Shown here: positions 15,129-26,810 of the stretch, piece by piece
Layout: every line of letters starts with the position of its first letter
How positions within the stretch are numbered: the first letter of the stretch is position 1
Source of the DNA: Eledone cirrhosa
Taxonomy: Eukaryota
Direction: 5' to 3'
Assembly: GCA_964016885.1 (NCBI GenBank)
Contig: OZ024743.1
Coordinates: 213,342,001 to 213,406,000 of the forward strand
DNA: 64,000 nt
The notes under the pieces: generated by a model
Told to the model about the DNA's origin: nothing
The model's input: the letters and a program-made list of their open reading frames with translations, nothing else
Databases searched by the model: none
Program-made: the position numbers and the translations under genes

Positions 15129-15872
15129 CGTATAAGTATAATTCGGTTTATTAGTCTAAACGAAGTACATGATCAATACCTTTTATCATGTAGTTTTTTT
15201 TTCTCTTTTTGATTTGTCCACTAAGTAAACACGAGAAGTAAACCACAAACGAAAATAAGAAATACACATGAATATAAGATTAAAGGAATAAAATATGAAA
15301 TAAAAAGGAATAAAAGAAAAACTACAAAAACTAGAGTAATAATTGTTAATGTGTCTTACATTTCAAGATATAGGAACAAACAGTATGAATGTACGCTTTA
15401 ACAGTATTATAGCCTTCGAATACTTTCAAACATACTCCATTGGAAGGTGTTAGTTTTAGCTAGACGTAATTTCGGACTAATTCAGCTGAAAATGGTAGGA
15501 GAGAGAGACAGATATATTTTACAAGTTTCTGTCGAAAGAAATAAAAAAAAATATTATTTCAAATATATTTTATCTGTGATTCCGTTCCGTGCTGTGCTGT
15601 GCTGCACTGCACGTTGTCTTTGAACGTTTCTGGAAGCGTACCAGGTTTTGTCATTTTCTATGAGAAGTGGTTCCTCACTCCTTGTTCAATCTTGCTCCAT
15701 GTCCGAGGAAAAGATTCGCTGTGAGTTGTTTGAACACGACCTATCTCATGGTGCCTCGCAACCGATATTCATGCATATGTACATGTATACAGCGAGAGAG
15801 AGAGAGAAAGAGATAGAAAGAAAGGGAGAGAGAGAGAGGGAGAGAGAGAAAGAGAAAGAGAGGGATAGGGAT

Positions 15873-15923
<51 letters not shown>

Positions 15924-16122
15924 AGTATAAAAAAAATAAAAAGAAGATGAATCAGCAAGGTAATGAAATTTATGCTTATTTATCGAAGGATGAAATATAC
16001 ACTTGACCAGAACGCTGGGACTAATATCACGTGACGCTCTACCCAACGCTTTGTAAATTCGCTGCCTATATTTCGAAGATGCATACATACATGCATACGT
16101 AAAACATAAAAAATAACATGCA

Positions 16123-16300
16123 TACGAGGGTCGGCTGGAAAGTTCATAGACTGACCAAGATTCTCTCATGGAATGACAAAATGAAGTTTATTTTTTTTCA
16201 TAATCATTGGATAGAAAAAATGCAGTTATTAAGACGTGTTGAAAGTAATGAGTGCAAGATTTCACAGCTCTAGCATCACCTTCATAGTCAACCATCATAC
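16123..16300. mobile_element. Mariner-like non-autonomous fragment (other copies ~27755-27960 and ~53365-53560)
   Basis: TA followed by the mariner-type terminus cgagggtcggctggaaagttc; ctctcatggaatga.caaatg.ggtttattttt shared by three copies. Confidence 0.6.
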
Positions 16301-17080
16301 AGGCAAGTGCTAATCTCGAAAATCGGAACAGTATATACATGCAGGGCATTTTAAAACATCAATATGCCACAATTCGCCGTCGTTAACTTAATTCCTGAAA
16401 TAAGCTATTTTCTTTGGAAAAATTCACCAAATTAACAACAAAACAAAACAAAAGCAACGAAAGAAAACATATATATTCGCACAGATACATAACAAGCATC
16501 GTGAAGTTTCGGAAATATCTTGCATACACATTCTTATTGGTTATACGATGCGCTGAGAATGATTATTGGTAGAAAATTCACATAAACGTATATCAATTCA
16601 CAGCTAAACAGCTTCGATAATATATTCTAAATAGCATTGAGTTTACCGAAAAACTGCTGGTGTATATAGCAATAGTTATTGAGACTCATGTAACATCAAC
16701 TGGTTTTCAAGTGATATATACATACCAATTGAAGAATAGGTTTCCACAATTGTCGTAACAATCGGAAACAAGATATAGAAGACTCCAGATACCCACAAAC
16801 GTCCCTGTACATACAGGCCTGATTGAGCTACGTATTTGAACAAAGATATAGGGAAGGAATATTCGGCACACCGACAAATGCTTAGCTATGGTTATAATTC
16901 TCATAATCTTGAGAATGATACTAATACCGACAAGAAATGTAGCTGTTTTTCTAATGCCTGTCATATCACTACACAACGTTGTGGTAGTAAAGCTTTTATT
17001 TATTGGTCTTTTATTTGTGTAATAGTCACAGATTGATCAGTATTCCAGGAAACATGTATGCGTGAATGATTTATATGATT

Positions 17081-17112
<32 letters not shown>

Positions 17113-17122
17113 TGTATGTATG

Positions 17123-17150
<28 letters not shown>

Positions 17151-17153
<3 letters not shown>

Positions 17154-17730
17154 CATGTATCCCAGTACAACCTGTCCCATGGTCGGGTCGTTGGCGACTA
17201 AACTGGCAACCCCACCAAGGTTTCTTGGTGAGGAGGGTGACTTTGGACATCCTGCAGGACTAAAAACAAAACCTGTCAAAGGGCAGAGAAACTCTTAAGA
17301 GTCAATGGCCATCCAAAATCACCGGGAGAGATGACCCCTTAGACTTTGTCAAGGCAGAATTCTAGGAGAAGGAAAACTCTGATATAACGCCTGCAACCCT
17401 GATGATATCCAATGATGTTGACTTGTTCTTCTTTTTGGTAAATATCATCTTGGTTAAGAGAGTGGGAATGGCTTTGTGCAGTGTCTTTGCTCACTATAAA
17501 AGCTTCACGGCACAGGCATTGCTTTATATCTGGAGATCTCTCTGCACTTGTCGTCACATGGTACCATGGGCCCAGCACTGTGTCAATAATTGTCACAAGT
17601 GTAGTGTTTGTACCAAAGTTTACAAGTCGCTGGCCGGACTGAAAAGTCACACTCGTTCAGCGCATCGGTAGGGGTTCTCCTACATGGATATAAAGTAATG
17701 GCCGTACTCGAAAACGAGTTGGCAGCCACC
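17151..17730 (+). mobile_element. Non-autonomous RTE derivative, copy 1 (5' end ~25 nt short)
   Basis: Highly similar to copies 2 and 3; ends in the C2H2 codons CSVCTKVYKSLAGLKSHTRSAH, a stop, and the RTE-type 3' hairpin; (TATG)n on both sides. Confidence 0.85.
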
Positions 17731-17810
17731 ATGTATGTATGTATGTATGTATGTATGTATGTATGTATGTATGTATGTATGTATGTATGTATGTATGTAT
17801 GTATGTATGT

Positions 17811-18414
17811 CAGGTCACCAGTTGGTGCTACTGGTAACATGCATCCCAGTGCAACCTGTCTCATGGTCGGGTCGTTGGCGACTAAACTGGCAACCCCACC
17901 AAGGTTTCTTGGTGAGGAGGGTGACTTTGGACATCCTGCAGGGCAAAATAAAACCTGTCAAAGGCCAAAGGAGCTCTTAAGAGTCAATGGCCATCCAAAA
18001 TCACCAGGAGAGATGACCCCTTAGCTTTTGTCAAGGCAGAATTCTAGGAGAAGGAAAACTCTGATATAACACCTGCAACCCTGATGGTATCCAATGATGT
18101 TGACTTGTTCTTCTTTTTGGTAAATATCATCTTGGTTAAGAGAGTGGGACTGTCTTTGTGCAGTGCCTTTCCTCACTATAAAAGCTTCACGGCACAGGCA
18201 TTGCTTTATATCTGGAGATATCTCTACACTTGTCGTCATATGGTAACATGAGCCCAGCACTATGTGTCAATAATTGTCACAAGTGTAGTGTTTGTACCAG
18301 AGTTTTCAAGTCGCTGGCTGGACTAAAACGTCACACTCGTTCAGCGTATCGGTAGGGGTTCTCTTACATGGATATAAAGTAGTGGCCGTACTCGAAAACG
18401 AGTTGGCAGCCACC
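17811..18414 (+). mobile_element. Non-autonomous RTE derivative, copy 2 (~604 bp)
   Basis: caggtcaccagttgg...ctcgaaaacgagttggcagccacc; last His of the finger changed to Tyr; (TATG)n flanks. Confidence 0.85.
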
Positions 18415-18476
18415 ATGTATGTATGTATGTATGTATGTATGTATGTATGTATGTATGTATGTATGTATGTATGTAT

Positions 18477-20051
18477 ATTGAACAGGGCTTGGATCTGTAT
18501 CAGGTTTTTGTCGATCTGACAAAGGCTTTCGATACTGTCAACAGAGATGCATTATGGAAGGTTCTCCAGAAACTTGGTTGCCCTGATAAGTTCCTTGCTT
18601 TAGTTAGGTCTTTCCATGACGACATGAAGGCTTGGGTTAATGTCGGAGGTAACATGTCGGAGCCTATCTCAGTAAAAAATGGAGTGAAACAGGGGGATAT
18701 TCCAGCACCGACCCTGTTTGCCATATACTTTGCAATGGTTTTCTGTATTGCATTCAGGAATTGCGAGCATGGTGTTTACATCCGATATCGAACCTCAGGC
18801 AGCATATTTAACATCAGGCGCTTTGCTGCGAAGACAAAAGTATTTACATCAGTCATAAGAGACCTCTTGTATGCAGATGATTGCGATCTTGTAGCGCACA
18901 CAGAGAGTGATATGCAGCACATTTTGAATGTATTTTCTGACGCTTGCACTGCCCTGGGTTTGACTGTCAGTCTCAAGAAAACCGTCGTCATGTACCAACC
19001 TGCACCTGGTGGGCAGTACACTGAACCAAACATCTATGTGTATGGCAAACGACTTGGAGTGGTTGATCAGTTTGTCTACCTGGGAAGCACTGTCAATCGA
19101 TACGGCAACCTTGACAGTGAAATCTCACTTAGGATTAGGAAAGCAAGTGATGCTTTCGGAAAGCTAGAAAGGCGACTCTGGGGTCGGCGAGACATATGCA
19201 GGAGGACAAAGGTAAAGGTGTACAGGGCATGTGTACTCTCTTGTCTTCTTTATGCCTGCGAGACCTGGGTCACATATCGACGCCACCTTAAGCAATTGGA
19301 GCGTTTCCATCAGATGTGTCTCAGACGGATACATGGCGTTCGCTGGAGGGACCACATCAGTGATGTCGAGATTTTGGAAAGCTCTATGTGTGACAGTATA
19401 GAAGCTCTTGTGCTTAAGCAGCGACTCCGTTGGAGTGGTCACCTTGCCAGGATGAAGGATTCTAGAATACCAAAACAACTCTTCTATGGAGAGTTGGTTA
19501 AAGGAAAACGACCGCCACATAAACCAAAAAAGAGGTATAAGGATTCCTTGAAGGCCTCTCTGAAAGACGCTAACATCTCTGCTGATACATGGGAAAATGT
19601 TGCTGCTGATCGTAATAAATGGAGAAAGACTGTATATGAGGGAAAAGTTGCCTTTGAGGCATCTCGAATCGCACACGAGAAAGTAAAGCGGGACGTGAGG
19701 AAGGGTATTGCTGTTGCACTTCCAGACGGCGAGGGTCCTCCTATGTTTCTGACATGCAGCGTCTGTGCGAGACTCTGCCTAAGCAAAGCTGGACTCGAAA
19801 GTCATCTTCGCAGTCATAAAGTAAGACCAGTGGTTGACTACCAGGCTGCTGTTGGAGATGCTACTCATCATGCTTGCCAAACATGTGGTAGAGAATGTAA
19901 ATCAGCAGGAGGACTCAAGCGACATGCAAAAGTACACGAACTCCAACCACAGCCGACTATTCCCAGTAAATGTTTTGGTTGCCGACTCTGTGCAAGACAT
20001 TTTGGATCATTGGCTGGGCTAAAAAGCCACATTCGATCGCAGCACTGTTAG
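18477..20051 (+). CDS. RTE-type reverse transcriptase (N-truncated, uninterrupted) with three C-terminal C2H2 zinc fingers
   Basis: FVDLTKAFDTV, GVKQG, LLYADD, FVYLGS, LRWSGHLARM; fingers CSVC..HLRSH, CQTC..HAKVH, CRLC..HIRSQH. The listed ORF start at 18423 is translated microsatellite. Confidence 0.93.
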   Translation: MEQGLDLYQVFVDLTKAFDTVNRDALWKVLQKLGCPDKFLALVRSFHDDMKAWVNVGGNMSEPISVKNGVKQGDIPAPTLFAIYFAMVFCIAFRNCEHGVYIRYRTSGSIFNIRRFAAKTKVFTSVIRDLLYADDCDLVAHTESDMQHILNVFSDACTALGLTVSLKKTVVMYQPAPGGQYTEPNIYVYGKRLGVVDQFVYLGSTVNRYGNLDSEISLRIRKASDAFGKLERRLWGRRDICRRTKVKVYRACVLSCLLYACETWVTYRRHLKQLERFHQMCLRRIHGVRWRDHISDVEILESSMCDSIEALVLKQRLRWSGHLARMKDSRIPKQLFYGELVKGKRPPHKPKKRYKDSLKASLKDANISADTWENVAADRNKWRKTVYEGKVAFEASRIAHEKVKRDVRKGIAVALPDGEGPPMFLTCSVCARLCLSKAGLESHLRSHKVRPVVDYQAAVGDATHHACQTCGRECKSAGGLKRHAKVHELQPQPTIPSKCFGCRLCARHFGSLAGLKSHIRSQHC

Positions 20052-20059
20052 TTGCTATC

Positions 20060-20101
<42 letters not shown>

Positions 20102-20180
20102 GCTTATGTGCGTGCGTGTGTGTGTATATATATATGAATATGTATATTATTATTGTTGTTGTCTTTATTATTATTATTGC

Positions 20181-20238
<58 letters not shown>

Positions 20239-20314
20239 TTTTTTTTATTTTTTTTTTTATTTTTTTTTTTATTGTGCAATGGCCATACTCGATAACGAGG
20301 GGGCAGCCATCATC
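18477..20314 (+). mobile_element. 5'-truncated RTE-clade LINE
   Basis: RT ORF followed by a 3' UTR ending tggccatactcgataacgagggggcagccatcatc and then (ATGT)n. Confidence 0.92.
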
Positions 20315-20744
20315 ATGTATGTATGTATGTATGTATGTATGTATGTATGTATGTATGTTCTTCTGGTTTTATAATTTCACAATTTTTTTCCCAATAGAGA
20401 GAGAGTTGGTTTCTAACATAGACACAAGACTCTCTCATTGGAATTTACACAACATCAACTAGGTAGTTTATGTATGCATGCATGCGTAGATATGGATGTT
20501 ATTGTATGTGTGGATGTGTATGTTTTGAGTTGTATGTGTGCATGTGTATATGCTTTATATCTGTACACGTGTATATGTAGTTATTAGATGCAAAAGTTTT
20601 GGAATGTTTTACATATTTTTACTGTTCCATTAATGGATTGTACTTGTAGTTTCCTAACTAGTTGTGTTCTTTCTGTTCCTGTGAAGCCTAGCTTCTCAAG
20701 ATTTGTATTGAGGCAGTTACAAACATATCCCAGTGCCCCAATAA

Positions 20745-22483
20745 CACCGTTAACAAAAACAAATTTTTTCTCTGTTCCTGGCTTGTAATCACTTTTTTTG
20801 TGTTGTTTAGGTCCCAAATAAATAAAAAAGTGCTATTAAACAGTTAAAAGTTTGGGTTTGTAAAAATTCTAACTATTCACTAGAATTATTTGTATGCTGG
20901 ATTTTACGTTGTATGTAAGTTTAATTTGCTTATGTTAAATGATTTTTTTTTATATATGTTTCAGGTTAAATTAAAATTATAAAATAAAGAGTAATATCTA
21001 AAGAAAATTATAAAAGTGCAATGAAGTATAAAGTTGTTAAAAAGTGGATTAAAGAGATTTATTGATACTGGATTTTCGCACTCTGAATAAAGGGTAAGTT
21101 GTGTTTTAAGCATTTGTCTCCAGGATGAAGCAGTGGAACTTGGTCAAGGAGGAGTGCAGGTGACAAGTCAGAGAAGTCGACATGAACCTTTCTCAGGCTT
21201 TTACACTCTTAGGGATGGCCTCTGCTTCTGCCATGACGTGCCTGGACTGTTTGACGTCATTGGGGTGCAATTTGTGCCCAAGGAGTGGCGGCTATTTATA
21301 GACAGCTCCACCACAAGTTTGAAGGCTGTCCTCCTCCACAATGGAAACAAGTTCCCGACAATGCCCCTAGATCATTCAGTCTGCCCGAAGGAAGATTACT
21401 AGTATGAAAGTCCTCTTGGAAGCTCTGCAATACAGCTAGTACAATTATGAAATCATTGGATTCTTCAAGATGGTGGCTTTCCTGCTTGGACTCCAAGGAG
21501 GCTTTATCAGATTCCAATGCTTCCTCTGCCTTTGGGACAGCAGAGCCACCTCTGACCACTACACAAGAAAGAACTGGGAGCAGCGAACAGAATTTGTAGT
21601 TGGGACCCGGAACGTCATGAGGGAGCCACTGGTTGATCCCAGGACTGTGCTTATGCCGCCACTGCACATTAAGTTGGGGTTGATGAAGCAGTTTGTGAAG
21701 GCTCTCAACCAAGAATCAGCCGCTTTTAAGTACCTTCTTGAGTTCTTCCCCAAGTTATCTGAGGCCAAAATCAAAGGTGGAAATTTTGTTGGACCTCAGA
21801 TAAAGAGGGTGTTTGAGTATACCGAGTTCTCCAATAAGCTCAATAGGATTGAGAGAACAGCATGGAACTGTTTCAAGGCAGTTGTTAAGAGCTTTCTGGG
21901 AAACTACAGAGCTGAAAACTACCAGCAACTGGTGCAGGATCTGATAAAGGCTTTTGGCGCCATGGGATGCAAGATGTCGTTTAAACTCCATATGCTGGAC
22001 GCTCACCTGGACAAATTCAAGGACAATATGGGCGCCTATTCAGAAGAACAAGGCGAACGATTCCACCAAGATGTGAAAGAGATAGAGCGGAGGTACCAGG
22101 GCCACTACAATGAAAAAATGACGGGGGACTATATCTGGGGGCTAGTGCGGGAATGCGACCTGGACCAAAACAGCAAATCCAGGAAATCCAGTCATTTCTG
22201 ACGTGTATAAGTTGCATTATAAGTGTTATTTGTTTTTACTTGCTTGTTTTTGATAGGCTTGTGTAATAAAATAAATATATACTCTGTTGATTTAATTATA
22301 TGAACTAATAAATTAAAAAAAAATGTGTTTTTTCTTGAAAAATATGAAAATTTCGAAATATCAAACCCCTGACCACAAACCCAAACTTCTGATTAAATAA
22401 TAGTGTTTTTTTTATAATAATGGGATATAGCAAACCATGAAATGACACTTAGAACCGGGGAACAAAAAATATGCTACACGGTG
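20745..22483 (+). mobile_element. Chapaev3-type (CMC) DNA transposon, internally deleted, 1739 bp
   Basis: Termini CACCGT...ACGGTG with a 3-bp TSD TAA (20742-20744 and 22484-22486); removing it restores MPVIIGALG in the host retrotransposon. Confidence 0.8.
21133..22201 (+). pseudogene. C-terminal part of a Chapaev3-like DDE transposase, with a stop near 21400
   Basis: EWRLFIDSS..SLKAVLLHNGN, GLQGG..CFLCLWDSR, PPLHIKLGLMKQFVKAL, SEEQGERFHQD; family assignment from recalled motifs plus the TSD. Confidence 0.8.
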
Positions 22484-25400
22484 TAATCACAGGCATAAAT
22501 CTGAAGGTGTAATCAGGGTGGAGTATCTGCAGATTTCTCATCAGTTCTGCATAAATATTCTCCTTTTCGCTAATCTTTGATATTATATTGGCATCTTCTG
22601 GGCAGCTAATTTCCACTACTTTGCATGCTTTCTTCTCCCTGTCCCATATCATAATATCTGGTCTGTTATGCCTACATTTTATTGGGGTTTTTACTGGAAC
22701 ATTCCACCAGTACTCTTTCATATTATGTACGTGGATGTCTCCCACATTGCTGTAGCTTTTAATGTGTTTATTATCGGGGCTATCCTTTTTATGAACTGCA
22801 TTGTACAGTGTTTTGGCCACTCCATCATGCCTCATAGGTAGATAGTACCGCGATGGCATCTTTTGACAGCTGCTGATGACATGGGTGATATCCTCGATGT
22901 TAGTTCTGCAGAGTCTGCAATTGTTATCACATCTAGGTGTTTTGCCTGCATCCCTATCTCTTTTGTGAATCAGGTATTTCGTGTTAATCTCCTGTTCTTG
23001 GATTGTAAAAGCGTATCCTTCAAAGTGGGAGCCAATATAGCGGTTGTTGGGCCAAGATAGACTATTTTCCTTATCTATATTACTCTCACTCTGGAGCTTC
23101 CTGGCAACATATCCATGCATGATTTTTTTGCTGATAACCATACAATTTTTCATCCATGGATTCACTGCGATACTGCTGAGCGACATCCCTGGGTGTGAGT
23201 TTTTGATTATCACACAGGGAATATCTCTCGAGGAGTTCCTTCCCAACTCTCATGATCTTATCTGTTTCATGCAGATAGACTTGCTCGAGAGACGGGCTCC
23301 TACGCTACGAGGTTCGTAGATGTTGTCGGGGAGATATGATGCGACATTCAAATGCTGTCTGGACTGATGTTAGGCCTCTGCCTCCCTGCGTACGTTTCAA
23401 GTAAAGGCAGTCTATGTCACTGTTGATGTGGAAGTTTCCGGAGTTGTTTAGTATTTTTAGAGTACCAGCATCAACTGCTCGGATTTCGTCTATCGTCCAA
23501 TTGAGTATTCCAAACGTTGGTGTTTGGACAGGCACAGCAAACACATTGTGAGCCACTGTTTTGTTTTGCGCAGAGAGTTCCGATGACCAGGTCTTTCTTA
23601 ATAGGGTGTAGTATTCCCTGGTTACGCATTCTTTATTACATATACCATTATAGGATATGTTCTCATCTATCCCCAGGTATCTGTAGCAGTCCTCATCAGA
23701 TATCGGTGAAACAGTTAGGCCATTAATGACAATGTTGCTAGATTAGGTTGTTGTTTTTCCACGCTTTACAATCATCTATGGGCATTTATCTTGGCCAAAC
23801 TCAATTCCTATATCCTTTGAGAACGTTGTAACCAGGTCAAGATTTTTCTTCATCCCATCCATGTTCTTGGAATATAAATTATGGGTTAGGTTCGTATGTC
23901 TGTCCTCCTGTGAGCCAATGATGTATCCCTCACATTTCCTGAGCAGAAAGGACAAGGGCTTTAATGAAGAGATGAATAATATCATAGAGAGACTGTCCCC
24001 CTGAAATATACCCCTGCAATATTTTATTTTATCAGTGAAAATAAAGTCCTCCCTCTCTGTCTTTAATCTTAGGATAGTAGCCCAAGAAGAAGACAGCCTC
24101 TCTATGGCTCTGACAATAATGCCTGGGACTTTAGCAAGTTGGAGGGCCTCTATCATCCAAGAGTGGGGAACAGAATCGAAAGCTTTCCTGTAGTCCAGCC
24201 AGACTGTAGTCATATTCCTCCTAAGTTGTCGCACCTCCGACATAGAAGTTTTGTTGATTAGGAGTTGTTCAGCACATCCCTAAACCCTTTCTTTCCAGCT
24301 GCTTGTTCATCTGTGATGATGTTATTATTTTCACAGTGATCTTGGAGGAATAGGTTCAGGCAGGCTGTATACATCTCATACATCAGATTCTGGCATGCAA
24401 TGGGTCGGTAGTTTTTTGCCAAGTGGGTGTCTTTGTTCTTGGGGACCAGTAATGTTTGTGCTAATATCAACCATTCTGCTATAAGTCTATCTTCCTTAAA
24501 AACTTATTGGTAGAGGTCAGTAAGATACCTCCGATAAAATATCAGTTTTTTGTACCAGCAGCTGACAATCATGTCTCTTCCTGGTGTTTTCTTATCTTGG
24601 AGTTTTCCTATCACAGTCTCAAGGGTACCCTCACTTATTTCGTATGTTTTTGTTGTAGTGTAGGAGCAATAGTTCTTTGGAATTTCTCTTAGCCACACTG
24701 CATATTGGTTGAAATTCTTCTTTTCACCCCATATTTTGCTCCAAAAGGAATTTATGTCTTTCTGGGATGGGGCCTCAGTGACACTTATTATTTTGTTCTT
24801 CATATCTCTATAGACTGATGTTTGGTTTCGTCTGAATCTTTTATTAAGCAGTTTTCTCTCATCTACCTTCTTCAGGTATCGGCGTTTTTCGCTAACAGCT
24901 CTCAATTCTTGTTTGAAGGTGATCAGATTGAAGAGTTCTGGTTCTACTGTTACCATCGCCTCTATTTTTTATTTTTCACTCTTTGTTGGTGAGGAGTGAG
25001 GTTTTTTTGTGTTTGTTTGCATGTAAGGAACATTGTCACACATCCTATGGTTTTTCGTAGGTCAGCAATCTTTTTTTCTATTTTAGTTATATGTGATGGT
25101 ATTTTTGGTGGTGTTCTGTTCTTGTTAATATCTCTGCTATCACCAAGATAATGCTTCACTGTCATTGCTAAGGCATATAAACAGGCGTTGATTTGCCAAA
25201 ATGTTAGGGTTTTTATCTGTCGTAAATATTCATCCCCTATTTCGTCAATAACACGTAATATTTCATTATTTGTTTTTTTATTAAACATTGTCGTTTTAAT
25301 ATGTTCAACTAAAGAGATGAATTAATTTCTCTCTGGAAGATTTCGTTGAGGGAAATTTTCAATTGTTTATACTTTTGATTATTATCATTATCGATAGTAT

Positions 25401-26205
25401 TTTCCACAACAGTCGAGGTAGACTCGGATGGTACACGTGGTGTCAAATTTCTTTGATTATTATTATTATTTCTTCGATTATTATTATTACCGATAGTATT
25501 TTCCCCAGCATTCGAGGTAGACTTAGATGGTACAGGTGGTGTCAAGTTTCTTACAGGCATAGTTGTTTCAAGGCACTGTTCGACCTGGCTGCTAGGAAGT
25601 CTAGTAGCATGGCGACCTGTAGCACGTGTTGTTGATAACATGTTTGTTGTGGGGGACTTACAATTAATACTATTTATCTTATTCTTACGTTCAACAAACG
25701 TCGCTTGTTGGCGTAATTGTTTCGCTGTGAAATAATTTAGCTCTGGGTGCATTCGTCCCAGTGTAGCTTCATTCTTTTCATATAGCCAATGGAGAGATTG
25801 TTTTTTGCCATTTTATAACAATTAAATAAATCACTATTAAGTTCGCAACTCCAGGAGAAATGCGATTTATAATTTCAGTCTCTTCTGTAGCTACAACTGA
25901 ATAGAGTTTGTTTATCTTTCTTGTTGGTTGTCTTCGATACTTCCTTAATTTTGTTGTGGATGTTGTGTTCAGCCATGCTGTTTGTAGCAAATCCTTGTAA
26001 AATGAATTATGTATTAAGTCGGACATCTCTACGAATTCGAATAAAAGGTGTCTTCAGAAGATATAGTTAGAAGAATAACCAGTTGTTGTGGCATTATTGT
26101 CGGAGATAGCATTCATCTTAAATTTAATAAATAGTCTCCCACGCCAAAATATGCGACTTATCGTGTTGACTGTATGTATGTATGTATGTATGTATTTTTA
26201 TATGT

Positions 26206-26810
26206 CAGGTCACCAGTTGGTGCTAGTGGTAACATGTATCCCAGTACAATCTGTCTCATGGTCGGGTCGTTGGCGACTAAACTGGCAACCCCACCAAGGT
26301 TTCTCGGTGAGGAGGGTGACTTTGGACATCACGCAGGACTAAAAACAAAACCTGTCAAAGGGCAAAGGAGCTCGTAAGAGTCAATGGCCAACCAAAATCA
26401 CCGGGAGAGATGACCCCTTAGCCTTTGTGAAGGCAGAATTCTAGGAGAAGGAAAACTCTGATATAACACCTGCAACTCTGATGGTAGCCAATGATGTTGA
26501 CTTGTTCTTCTTTTTGGTAAATATCATCTTGGTTAAGAGAGTGGGAATGGCTTTGTGCAGTGCCTTTGCTCACTATAAAAGCTTCACGGCACAGGCATTG
26601 CTTTATATCTGGAGATCTCTCTACACTTGTCGTCACTTGGTACCATGGCCCAGCACTATGTGTCAATAATTGTCACAAGTGTAGTGTTTGTAGCAGAGTT
26701 TTCAAGTCGCTGGCTGGACTAAAAAGTCACACTCGTTCAGCGCATCGGTAGAGGTTCTCCTACATGGATATAAAGTAGTGGCCGTACTCGAAAACGAGTT
26801 GGCAGCCACC
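26206..26810 (+). mobile_element. Non-autonomous RTE derivative, copy 3 (~605 bp)
   Basis: Same start and end as copy 2; intact finger CSVCSRVFKSLAGLKSHTRSAH. Confidence 0.85.

Larger units (their letters stand above)
20584..25752 (-). pseudogene. Disrupted R4/Dong polyprotein; the catalytic YxDD segment appears deleted (THN|LYSKN) and the RLE domain is split by a DNA transposon
   Basis: ORF track pieces 25309-25752, 24962-25288, 24504-24956, 24258-24470, 23776-24243, 23305-23556, 22449-23246 and 20584-20744. Confidence 0.85.
20358..26171 (-). mobile_element. Near full-length decayed R4/Dong-clade non-LTR retrotransposon (RT plus restriction-like endonuclease)
   Basis: Collinear frameshifted pieces: HPELNYFTAKQLRQQA, NYRPIAC, WLDYRKAFDSVPH, GIFQGDSLS, GGRGL, CRLC..H....C, RHD, RPDI..D..VVEISCP, PVIIGALG; both ends abut the (CATA)n/(TATG)n array. 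Confidence 0.88.

Noticed and set aside
18423-18476. N-terminal MYVCMYVC extension of the 542-aa RT ORF
   Set aside because: It is the (TATG)n flank read in frame; the LINE is 5'-truncated and lacks its endonuclease
17402-26751. Host C2H2 zinc-finger gene cluster
   Set aside because: The fingers lack TGEKP linkers and are the terminal parts of RTE-derived repeats
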